DNA of 37,208 nucleotides from a virus (IMGVR_UViG_3300027900_000002:1-37208); one strand, 5' to 3'. Shown: positions 8,092 through 14,944, counted from the first letter of the stretch. Notes: generated by a model not told the origin, from the sequence alone. A program made the numbers and translations.

Positions 8092-8734
8092 TGTGGTCTC
8101 CGTTATGACTCCTCTGGATTACCAGCTTGTCCCACTGTTTGCGCAGAGTGGCCGGTGAGAGAATGTTTGTTTTCCAGAAATGGTGCTGATTCGCCCAAGT
8201 AAATAAATCACGAATCTCTGTGTCTGTTCTTCCGTCACGTTCACACATAAGGCGGATTTCGTTTGCCCAGGAATCAAAGTTTGGTTCTCTGTGCTTTGGA
8301 TTGAGAGAAAGAATAGACCGAAACACAAATTTCGCCGTTTCTATATATGAATTAGATACAGAGTCAGATACAGATACAGATATAGTCATGGCCGTTTCAG
8401 AAACGTTTCCATTCTCTTTATTTTTCCTATACTTACGTACACGATCAGACGAAATGTCACTTGAATATTGTCGCTTATCCCACGCCATTGGCTGCCAGTT
8501 CTTATCCACAAATCCAACTTCCATCAGCCTGCGTTTAGCCTCAGTTGCGCTTATTGGATCAAGGCCAAGCCCTCTTGCTATGATTGCCTCTCTGTTTTGT
8601 AGTTTCCTATCCAAGGTTCCGTTTCCTTTAAGGCAGAGGATTATTATGTAGTGGCGCTGATCCTCAAACGACAACGATTGAACTACCGGGTCTCCAGAAA
8701 ACTCTGTGTACATTCTGAACCATGGTAAGCTCAT
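7982..8734 (-). CDS. Lambda O-like replication initiator
   Basis: N-terminal PWFRMY...DPVVQSLS; C-terminal PNFDSWANEIRLMCERDGRT...FWKTNILSPATLRKQWDKL, typical of lambdoid initiators. Confidence 0.85.
   Translation of the reverse strand: MSLPWFRMYTEFSGDPVVQSLSFEDQRHYIIILCLKGNGTLDRKLQNREAIIARGLGLDPISATEAKRRLMEVGFVDKNWQPMAWDKRQYSSDISSDRVRKYRKNKENGNVSETAMTISVSVSDSVSNSYIETAKFVFRSILSLNPKHREPNFDSWANEIRLMCERDGRTDTEIRDLFTWANQHHFWKTNILSPATLRKQWDKLVIQRSHNGDHNGTHKDTRSRAKRVSDKLDDIARRDIEQNGHTDKLG
8334..8410. other. Candidate replication origin (short repeats inside the initiator gene)
   Basis: AGATAC tandem repeats at 8354-8382 and CGTTTC repeats in the low-complexity linker (SVSVSDSVS), where lambdoid origins lie. 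Confidence 0.4.
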
Positions 8735-9351
8735 TTTTTGAACACCACAGGAACTGGACCTAGATTAAAGTTTTCAAGCAATGATTTTCCGATATCTTCA
8801 AGATTTTTTTCATCAAGGTCTAAATACTCCCTGTTATCGAGAATGGACATAAGCATTTCTTCGACACTAGTATTCCTATCTTCAAACAGAGAATTTTTTA
8901 ATTCAATATCCGCTCTGAAATTATCATTTTCGAAAGGAAAATAACCATCAAGCTGATCTCTTATTTCAGAGGCTCTTTGATCCCCCATTTGCCTTGTATA
9001 ATCACTGAATGTCCTTATATTTTGGTGCTCATTCGGAATAGCGGAGAAATACATTTTGACGCGCGGAACTGCCCCGTCAAATGTGAACCCTATGGCGGTG
9101 GCAATCCAATCGCCAATATACAAGTCGTCGCGTATCCCATGAAGTTTTTCATGGCATGCTTCACACGCAACAACCAAGTTGTCTAGATGATCTTCTTTAT
9201 ATCGTTTCGGGTATTTGACATGATGAACGTGGTCTGGTGTACCGCCACAGAACTCGCACTTATTCCCAGATCGTTCTCTTGCCTTAGCGCGCAGTTCTTT
9301 CCATTGCGGCGACAACAGGTAACGCTGGTATTCTTTTTTGAAGTCCATCAT
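8731..9351 (-). CDS. HNH nuclease domain fused to an unknown acidic C-terminal domain
   Basis: WKELR...CEFCG...HVHH...NLVVACEACHEKLH. Confidence 0.8.
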   Translation of the reverse strand: MMDFKKEYQRYLLSPQWKELRAKARERSGNKCEFCGGTPDHVHHVKYPKRYKEDHLDNLVVACEACHEKLHGIRDDLYIGDWIATAIGFTFDGAVPRVKMYFSAIPNEHQNIRTFSDYTRQMGDQRASEIRDQLDGYFPFENDNFRADIELKNSLFEDRNTSVEEMLMSILDNREYLDLDEKNLEDIGKSLLENFNLGPVPVVFKK

Positions 9352-9445
9352 TGACCCCCGATAAAGGTTGAGAAGTGCTGGGCCTAGGTAATTATCGGTT
9401 ACCTAACTTGGACGGGCAGTAGCGAACTGCACACCCAGCATCAAC
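9352..9445 (-). ncRNA. Structured 5' leader (multi-stem, with a loop complementary to the RBS region)
   Basis: Outer stem TGCTGGG/CCCAGCA; hairpins GCAGT-TCGCT-ACTGC and TAGGTAA-CCGATAA-TTACCTA; the loop is complementary to TTATCGG next to the SD. Confidence 0.55.
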
Positions 9446-9474
9446 AGCATTCCATAAGCGCCTCCCCGGCGCAA
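9446..9474 (-). promoter_or_regulatory. Putative promoter for the replication operon
   Basis: Minus strand TTGCGC-N17-AATGCT with TG extension, directly upstream of the structured leader. Confidence 0.45.
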
Positions 9475-9479
9475 GTGGC

Positions 9480-9517
9480 AAAAAGCCCCTTTCAGGTTCT
9501 TCCTGTCAGGGGCTTTT
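9480..9517 (-). terminator. Intrinsic terminator (potentially bidirectional)
   Basis: AAAAGCCCCT...AGGGGCTTTT inverted repeat with T runs on both strands, at the end of the cro-like operon. Confidence 0.6.
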
Positions 9518-9691
9518 CTTTTTGCGTAGCACAAACTGTTCACCCGGATATCTGCGTTCCTCTGTCCTCAGAGTTTCCCCACAATCACACACCCAATCCC
9601 GTTTCCTGACTTCCCGACCGTGGTTGTTCATCAGGCGATCCTTGCCTTTCTGGGTCATGGTCTTGATGCAGGATGGGCAGTGGATGAGCAT
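9506..9691 (-). CDS. Small Zn-ribbon protein
   Basis: CPSC...VRKRDWVCDCGETLRTEE, like NrdR/Ogr-type ribbons; TAATG-coupled. Confidence 0.65.
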   Translation of the reverse strand: MLIHCPSCIKTMTQKGKDRLMNNHGREVRKRDWVCDCGETLRTEERRYPGEQFVLRKKKSP

Positions 9692-9837
9692 TACGCCGCT
9701 TCCTTCTCTTCTTCATCTGGATACAAAAGCAAAATGTCCCGGTTCTCATCGAAACACAGGCCGTACGCCTTCTCAGGAACCGGGATCGTCGGTGCCTTGA
9801 AGTGATACCACTCCATTCTTTCTTGTACTAGCTGCAT
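9691..9837 (-). CDS. 48-aa hypothetical protein (not in ORF track)
   Basis: AAGGA SD; MQLVQERMEWYHFKAPTIPVPEKAYGLCFDENRDILLLYPDEEEKEAA*; its stop overlaps the next ATG. Confidence 0.5.
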   Translation of the reverse strand: MQLVQERMEWYHFKAPTIPVPEKAYGLCFDENRDILLLYPDEEEKEAA

Positions 9838-10030
9838 TCTTCTTTCCTTTCTTGTTAGCTTGTCGGCCAGTCGGGCCGATGGCGTTGTACACGCTTTGCC
9901 GTGACTTACCGCCCACCATCTTTCCGATTTCTGCCAGCGTCTTTTCCGGGTGCTTCTCGACCAGCTCTTTCATCTTGGCGCGGTCTTTGGCGCAGGCTTG
10001 TAAAAACTTCTGGTAGCGTGTCAGTTTCAT
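9773..10030 (-). CDS. Cro-like HTH regulator
   Basis: AAGGAG SD; KTLAEIGKMVGGKSRQSVYNAI HTH; first gene of the leftward arm. Confidence 0.7.
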   Translation of the reverse strand: MKLTRYQKFLQACAKDRAKMKELVEKHPEKTLAEIGKMVGGKSRQSVYNAIGPTGRQANKKGKKNAASTRKNGVVSLQGTDDPGS

Positions 10031-10044
10031 GTGTTCTCCTTTGC

Positions 10045-10135
10045 TGCTTTGTAGCATATTATGTACTATAGTGCAAATAGTCTTTTACCTTTGTTGTAAA
10101 TAGTTCTTGACAGGTGTTATTGGGTGTGCAATATT
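10045..10135. promoter_or_regulatory. Divergent early promoter region
   Basis: AT-rich. Plus strand TTGACA(10107)-N17-AATATT; weaker minus-strand TTGCAC-N17-TACAAA; near-palindrome TGTACTATAGTGCA as a candidate operator. Confidence 0.6.
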
Positions 10136-10401
10136 AGCTTTAATGCTGGCGGGTAAGTCATACAAGTATGATCCGGGAGCTACAGGAAAGACCGCTTGAT
10201 AGTAGCTCTAGTACAGCGGGATAACCTCCGGCCTAACCAGCAGAGTACCGAACACCCCAGAGAGGCGTTGATTTACATGCTTGGCAATGAAGTGTGTAAG
10301 GAGCCAATGAATTGCCTACACCGTGGAGCTTGGCAGAGGCTGGAAAAACGGGAAGAGGTTATAGCTAAACCTCTGCGCTATTTCGAGTACCGATTCAGTT
10401 G

Positions 10402-10587
10402 AAAGTCTTGTGGGTGCGTTGCGGTATTTTGGCAAAAAGTCGGCGGATATGTCCCGTCCTGATGGTCCGCGTAAGGGACGGCCAACGCATTAGCAGGTGC
10501 AAGGATGGTGGTCTGCGCTGTGGACAGGGACACGATCAGGCAAAGCGCCTGAGTTAGTTGGTGCAACTCCAACCAGACCACCTGAAT
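10402..10587 (+). repeat. Structured repeat unit, copy 1
   Basis: AAAGTCTTGTG..GTGCGTTG-[var]-GGACGGCCAACG..TAGCAGGTG..AGGAT-GGTGGTCTG-[var]-CAGACCACC-TGAAT. Confidence 0.85.
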
Positions 10588-10592
10588 TGTAC

Positions 10593-10752
10593 AAAGTCTT
10601 GTGAAGTGCGTTGGTGCCTCAGTGTTAAACGTCCGTGGACGGCCAACGTTAGTAGCAGGTGTGAGGATAGGTGGTCTGTCAAACAATTTGGGCGAATAGT
10701 GTGGTTTGAAATACTAACCCGCTTGCAAAGTCGCCTACAGACCACCTTGAAT
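10593..10752 (+). repeat. Structured repeat unit, copy 2
   Basis: Same conserved blocks in the same order, with different inserts. Confidence 0.85.
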
Positions 10753-10778
10753 CGCATTACTAGATCATTGGAGGGAAT

Positions 10779-10865
10779 ATGAGAGAAAACGCTGGATTAA
10801 TAATCATGGGAATCGGGCTACTGATTTTATTTGTTGGCTACGTTATACCGTTCTTTGGTTCGTAG
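10779..10865 (+). CDS. 28-aa single-TM peptide (not in ORF track)
   Basis: GGAGGG SD; MRENAGLIIMGIGLLILFVGYVIPFFGS*. Confidence 0.6.
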   Translation: MRENAGLIIMGIGLLILFVGYVIPFFGS

Positions 10866-10880
10866 ATCACAGGAGGGAAT

Positions 10881-11120
10881 ATGTACCCAGCTACCAAAAC
10901 AGTGCATTGGCCTACAGGCCCAGCGGACTGCTGCGATGAACACGCCAAGCAGCTTGTCGCTCTTGGTAAGTTTCTCGGTTCTCACGTCGGTGTTACGGAG
11001 GCCGTACCAGGAGCACAATGCAAGAACTGTAATGGTGAATGGGACACGTACATGGAATACACGTCTGCACTTACGAACCTGCGCGATCTTAGGCTTGGAT
11101 GGCTTACTAATGCTCAGTAG
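10881..11120 (+). CDS. Small Zn-binding hypothetical protein
   Basis: AGGAGG SD; CCDEH...CKNC. Confidence 0.65.
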   Translation: MYPATKTVHWPTGPADCCDEHAKQLVALGKFLGSHVGVTEAVPGAQCKNCNGEWDTYMEYTSALTNLRDLRLGWLTNAQ

Positions 11121-11130
11121 ATCATATTGG

Positions 11131-11283
11131 GATGGCGCGGCGTGGAAGGACACGCCTTACAGATTGGAGCTGCGAGCCTGTTAGCCCTGCAATACGGGAA
11201 CTTAGGCAAATCTTCCGGCCCGAGGTAGTTAGGGATAGTCGGAACAAGAGCAGATCCGGTATCAAGCCCGGACGCCATCACCA
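11131..11283 (+). ncRNA. tRNA-like element with encoded CCA and a 99-nt insert in place of the anticodon arm
   Basis: 7-bp acceptor GATGGCG/CGCCATC followed by ACCA; D-like arm GCGT-GGAAGGAC-ACGC; T-like arm TCCGG-TATCAAGC-CCGGA abutting the acceptor 3' strand. Confidence 0.7.
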
Positions 11284-11305
11284 ACATGATTTAACTGGAG
11301 GAAAC

Positions 11306-11479
11306 ATAAGCAAGAAACCAGAGAAGGCCAAACCCGTGTATCAGTCCTGCAATATCAAGTTCCCCGAGCGGGTCTGGGAGCTGACAGAGAACGGATGGAC
11401 CTCACGCCCCGCAACGGCGCATGACTGGGAATCCAGGCGGAAGCTGGCAGTGGAACTGAACGCAGTAATGCTGGCCTGA
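11306..11479 (+). CDS. 57-aa hypothetical protein, apparent ATA start
   Basis: GGAGG at 11297-11301 followed by ATA AGC AAG...; the upstream part of track ORF 11132 coincides with the tRNA-like element. Confidence 0.45.
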   Translation: MSKKPEKAKPVYQSCNIKFPERVWELTENGWTSRPATAHDWESRRKLAVELNAVMLA

Positions 11480-11488
11480 GGACTACCG

Positions 11489-11617
11489 ATGAAAACACCA
11501 AAAGTTCCACTCGACTTCGACAACTCAAAAGAATACCACAACAAAGTGGACAAGATGATCCTTATCGGCTGTCTCCTTGCTTTACTGGCTGGTGTACTCA
11601 TGGAGGCTTTCCAATGA
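11489..11617 (+). CDS. 42-aa peptide with C-terminal TM (not in track)
   Basis: GAGGA SD; MKTPKVPLDFDNSKEYHNKVDKMILIGCLLALLAGVLMEAFQ*. Confidence 0.6.
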   Translation: MKTPKVPLDFDNSKEYHNKVDKMILIGCLLALLAGVLMEAFQ

Positions 11618-11718
11618 AATGCGGAGAACGTGACTGGACGGCGGAGATTGTGGGGGCGGCGATAGCTATTTATCTGATCGTTGTTTCTGTGGTTGGATTG
11701 TGGAGGATGTGGATATGA
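11614..11718 (+). CDS. 34-aa TM peptide (not in track)
   Basis: GGAGG SD, ATGA-coupled at both ends; MKCGERDWTAEIVGAAIAIYLIVVSVVGLWRMWI*. Confidence 0.6.
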   Translation: MKCGERDWTAEIVGAAIAIYLIVVSVVGLWRMWI

Positions 11719-12371
11719 AATTTGAAATCAAACACCGCTTTACCGGATCAGTTCTGTTCTCTCTGGAAACGGAGAGTATAAAACTGTGCGTACAGGCGGC
11801 AGTGTCAAGCGGTGCGGACCTGCGCGGTGCGGACCTGCGCGGTGCGGACCTGCGCGGTGCGTACCTGCGCGGTGCGAACCTGGGCGGTGCGAACCTGGGC
11901 GATGCGTACCTGCGCGGTGCGTACCTGGGCGGTGCGGACCTGCGCGGTGCGAACCTGGGCGGTGCGGACCTGCGCGGTGCGTACCTGCGCGGTGCGAACC
12001 TGGGCGATGCGGACCTGCGCGGTGCGTACCTGGGCGGTGCGGACCTGCGCGGTGCGTACCTGCGCGGTGCGAACCTGGGCGGTGCGAACCTGGGCGATGC
12101 GTACCTGGGCGGTGCGAAAATCCGAGACGACATCACCATCACCAAAGCCCCTATCCAGATCAGCGGCCTCGAATGGATTGTCACGATCTGGGACCAGCAC
12201 ATGCAGATCGGCTGCGAATTTCATTCGCATGAGGAATGGCGAAATTTCAGCGATGACGAGTGGTTGAATATGGGAGGGAAAGAAGCCCTGTATCTCAAGC
12301 GGAATCAATTTCCCATGTTGATTGGTCTGTGTGACAAACACAGACCACAGGAACGCTCTACGGAGGAATGA
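11715..12371 (+). CDS. Pentapeptide-repeat protein
   Basis: 20 (G/D)A(D/N/Y)L(R/G) repeats; MKFEIKHRFTGSVLF N-terminus and MQIGCEFH...W C-terminal domain, as in phage pentapeptide proteins. Confidence 0.92.
   Translation: MKFEIKHRFTGSVLFSLETESIKLCVQAAVSSGADLRGADLRGADLRGAYLRGANLGGANLGDAYLRGAYLGGADLRGANLGGADLRGAYLRGANLGDADLRGAYLGGADLRGAYLRGANLGGANLGDAYLGGAKIRDDITITKAPIQISGLEWIVTIWDQHMQIGCEFHSHEEWRNFSDDEWLNMGGKEALYLKRNQFPMLIGLCDKHRPQERSTEE
11811..12110 (+). repeat. 15-bp tandem repeat x20 (coding)
   Basis: G(G/A)TGCG(G/A/T)ACCTG(C/G)GC units. Confidence 0.95.
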
Positions 12372-12676
12372 ACATGTTCAAAGACAAAGACTACGGCGCA
12401 CCGCCAGAGCCAAAAGGAAACTACCGCTCTCTGACGAATGCGGAAATCCTGGAATCGGACAAGTTCAGAATATTGTTTGGAGACTTAGCACAAGATACTC
12501 TCGGGTCTATTGATTCGATGGACTTCGCAATTATGGCGCATGATCTAGTACACGGAGAGCATGGCAGGATAGGCTCTTTCATAGCATCAAAACTAGGTCC
12601 AGTTGTAGATAAATGCGTAGCGCGAGTGCGCTATGAATCAGAACCCGTTGAACGGATTGATCCGGAGGCACCATGA
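12368..12676 (+). CDS. Hypothetical protein (102 aa)
   Basis: GGAGG SD, ATGA-coupled. Confidence 0.65.
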   Translation: MNMFKDKDYGAPPEPKGNYRSLTNAEILESDKFRILFGDLAQDTLGSIDSMDFAIMAHDLVHGEHGRIGSFIASKLGPVVDKCVARVRYESEPVERIDPEAP

Positions 12677-12747
12677 ACGACGACCGCGATCCATTTGAAC
12701 AGTTGAGCGACAACGAGTCTCAGGAAGAACAAAGAGAGGAAATATGA
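12673..12747 (+). CDS. 24-aa highly acidic micro-ORF (not in track)
   Basis: GGAGG SD; [24 protein letters not shown]; ATGA overlaps at both ends. Confidence 0.5.
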   Translation: MNDDRDPFEQLSDNESQEEQREEI

Positions 12748-13532
12748 ACGAACTGACTACCATTAAGCAAAGCCTTACTGCCGATCAAGTGTCGCTCATT
12801 AAGCGCACGATTGCCAAAGGCTCGACCGATGATGAGCTGACACTGTTTACCCATCAGTGCAACCGCACCGGACTTGATCCATTCTCGCGCCAGATTTACG
12901 CCATCAAGCGATGGGACAGCAAGGAAGGTCGTGAAGTCATGGGTATTCAGGTATCCATTGACGGACTTCGGTTGATCGCTGAACGCAGCGGCCACTATGC
13001 AGGTCAACTAGGGCCATATTGGTGCGGGGAAGATGGGGAGTGGAAAGAGGTCTGGCTGCAAAAAGGACCTCCTCTTGCTTCTCGCGTTGGTGTCATGCGC
13101 CATGATTTCAAAGAACCTCTATGGGCCGTAGCTCGCTGGTCGTCCTACGTCCAGACAAAGAAAGACGGTTCGGCTACTTCCATGTGGGCCAAAATGCCGG
13201 ACCTGATGCTAGCCAAGGTCGCGGAGTCTCTGGCTTTGCGTAAGGCTTTCCCGATGGAGACTTCCGGACTTTACACCACGGAAGAAATGTCACAGGCGGA
13301 ACCTCATAACACTGTCGAAACACCTGTAGTCTTGCTAGACCAAAACCCGATAGTGACGGAGGAAATCAAGAACCGTGTCCATAATGATACTTTAGCGGCT
13401 CTCGAAATGAATGATGCCGTTGCTCTACAACAAGCGTGGGCCGGATTCAGTTCGGATGAACAGGTTGAATTATGGCGCATGTTTAATAGTGCTCAACGCT
13501 CACGAATCAAAAAACTTCTCGGAAAGGAATAA
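12744..13532 (+). CDS. bet: Bet/RecT-family single-strand annealing recombinase
   Basis: [14 protein letters not shown]...[14 protein letters not shown]...[21 protein letters not shown]...GLYTTEEM. Confidence 0.93.
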   Translation: MNELTTIKQSLTADQVSLIKRTIAKGSTDDELTLFTHQCNRTGLDPFSRQIYAIKRWDSKEGREVMGIQVSIDGLRLIAERSGHYAGQLGPYWCGEDGEWKEVWLQKGPPLASRVGVMRHDFKEPLWAVARWSSYVQTKKDGSATSMWAKMPDLMLAKVAESLALRKAFPMETSGLYTTEEMSQAEPHNTVETPVVLLDQNPIVTEEIKNRVHNDTLAALEMNDAVALQQAWAGFSSDEQVELWRMFNSAQRSRIKKLLGKE

Positions 13533-13534
13533 TT

Positions 13535-14311
13535 ATGATCGAAGAAATCAGCAAAGACGAAAAGGCCGGACAGCTCGTTCAAATTGCCTCAGAAACGAAG
13601 GAACAAGCGCTTTCCATGCTTGTCCGCACCCCAAGGGAATACGAACAGGTTTCAGTATTCCTATCGAACATTAAGGCCAAGGCTAACGAGATAGAGGCCC
13701 ATCGGAAATATCTGAAAGAGCCTTACCTCGAAGGCGGTCGTCGCGTTGACGAATTTTTCAAGCCACCATTGCAGGCTTTGAAAGACGCCGAGACAACCGC
13801 TAAACAAAAACTTCTCGGTTATCAGGAAGAACAGCGCCGCATTGCGGCAGAGGAACAACGGAAACTAGAAGAAAAAGCTCGAAAAGAACGCGAAGCATTG
13901 GAGGCCAAGGCCAAGGCAGAGCGCGAGAAGGCAGATGCTGAAGCGCAAGAAATTCAAAGCAAATCAGATGAGGCCCGTGCCGCTGGAAATCTGTCCGAAG
14001 CCGTCAAGTTACGGCATCAGGCTACCGTTCTTGTGGAGAAATCCGAAGCCAAGGTCGAGGCTATCCAGAGCAAGGCGGATCAGATAATTGCACCGAAGGT
14101 CGAGGCATATATTCCGCCTGTCGCTGGACAATCGTCACGTGCTGTCTGGAAGGCTCGCGTGCTGGATGCAAAAGCTGTTCCTGACGAATACAAGATTGTA
14201 GACGTGCCCATGCTGGATAAGCTTGCTCAGGCGACTAAGGGCAAGGTGCCAGTGCCGGGCGTTGAGTTTTATTCTGAACAGGTCATGTCGGCACGCGCTG
14301 GTCGTACTTAA
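13535..14311 (+). CDS. Coiled-coil phage protein commonly found beside recombinases
   Basis: Long E/K/A-rich helix; C-terminal VPDEYKIVD...VPGVEFY. Confidence 0.7.
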   Translation: MIEEISKDEKAGQLVQIASETKEQALSMLVRTPREYEQVSVFLSNIKAKANEIEAHRKYLKEPYLEGGRRVDEFFKPPLQALKDAETTAKQKLLGYQEEQRRIAAEEQRKLEEKARKEREALEAKAKAEREKADAEAQEIQSKSDEARAAGNLSEAVKLRHQATVLVEKSEAKVEAIQSKADQIIAPKVEAYIPPVAGQSSRAVWKARVLDAKAVPDEYKIVDVPMLDKLAQATKGKVPVPGVEFYSEQVMSARAGRT

Positions 14312-14544
14312 TGACCGACAAAATCCTAAAGTTCCCGGATCGTGATAACCGTTCACTTGAGGAACTGTGCGAGCTGCTACGCAGAAACTACACGAAGCTG
14401 GACGAGATAGACAGGGGATTCCTGGCGTTGATCTACAGCGTACTGCGGAGCAGGGACAGGGCGGCACCGGAGGCTATTGGGCATTGCAAGGAAATAGCGG
14501 TGATTATGGTGCGGAGGAATGGATTGGAGAATACCAATGACTGA
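14311..14544 (+). CDS. Hypothetical protein
   Basis: TAATG-coupled; 77 aa. Confidence 0.6.
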   Translation: MTDKILKFPDRDNRSLEELCELLRRNYTKLDEIDRGFLALIYSVLRSRDRAAPEAIGHCKEIAVIMVRRNGLENTND

Positions 14545-14716
14545 CGAAAAGAAAGAGGCAAAAGAAGCACTTGAAAAAGAGTTTGACTACGTGTTCAAAA
14601 CCGCAATGTGCTATGCAAAACCGTGCGGCGCGTCAACCGCAACCGTGAACATTCCAGATGAGTATTTTTCTGAGCTTCAGAAGATAGCCAAAAAAATACA
14701 TCAACCTAACACCTAA
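14537..14716 (+). CDS. Hypothetical protein (start revised to MTDEKK...)
   Basis: GGAG SD before the ATG at 14537. Confidence 0.55.
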   Translation: MTDEKKEAKEALEKEFDYVFKTAMCYAKPCGASTATVNIPDEYFSELQKIAKKIHQPNT

Positions 14717-14740
14717 TCACCACCCACCCTGGTTGGGAAA
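14707..14740 (+). repeat. Intergenic direct repeat, copy A
   Basis: TAACACCT-AATC-ACCACCCACCCT-GG-TTGGGAAA. Confidence 0.8.
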
Positions 14741-14944
14741 ATGAAAACTGCTGGTGTAGTGATAGACGACTGGAAACTGCCGATTTTTAAGCGGCATCTA
14801 GAAGCTGCTGGATGCTCCTACACAGAGCACCCAGGCATTGCGCCAAGAACGCTAACGCTCCGTGTGCAGTATGAGTGGGTAAGTAAGCTGAAACCGATTA
14901 TTGAAGCAGCCAACGAGGAATGCAGAAATGAACGACGAGCCTAA
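14741..14944 (+). CDS. Hypothetical protein (67 aa)
   Basis: Starts directly after repeat A. Confidence 0.6.
   Translation: MKTAGVVIDDWKLPIFKRHLEAAGCSYTEHPGIAPRTLTLRVQYEWVSKLKPIIEAANEECRNERRA

Larger units (their letters stand above)
10145..10755 (+). ncRNA. Cluster of putative structured non-coding RNAs
   Basis: No ORF with a good SD; dense stems (GAGCTAC/GTAGCTC, TTACATGCTT/AAGTGTGTAA, AGAGGTT/AACCTCT, GGTGGTCTG/CAGACCACC twice). Confidence 0.65.

Noticed and set aside
10453-10487. Hammerhead-like CTGATGGTCC...GGACGGCCAAC
   Set aside because: The core deviates from CUGAnGA...GAAA and CTGATG is absent in unit 2, so a ribozyme is not supported.
10699-10712. GTGTGGTTTGAAAT resembling a type I-C CRISPR repeat end (solitary repeat/Racr)
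   Set aside because: No repeat hairpin or 5' GTCGC part, single occurrence, and it is explained by a local stem.
10402-10752. CRISPR mini-array or TIGR-like array
   Set aside because: Only two long units with unequal inserts, no constant spacer length, no box C/D motifs and no Cas or Nop-domain gene.
10196-10782. Track ORFs 10196..10402, 10378..10686, 10554..10757 and 10558..10782
   Set aside because: Weak starts, no good SD, no protein-like motifs; the repeated blocks conserve base pairing rather than a reading frame.
11131-11283. Canonical tRNA, intron-containing tRNA or tmRNA
   Set aside because: No 7-nt anticodon loop on a 5-bp stem at the expected place, an 8-nt non-TTC T loop, no G3-U70, and the insert is too short for a self-splicing intron.
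11666-12341. Alternative-frame repeat ORFs (RCGPA, VRTCA, AQVRT, RYAPR)
   Set aside because: These are shadows of the stop-free 15-bp repeat; only the GADLR frame has recognisable flanking domains and coupling.
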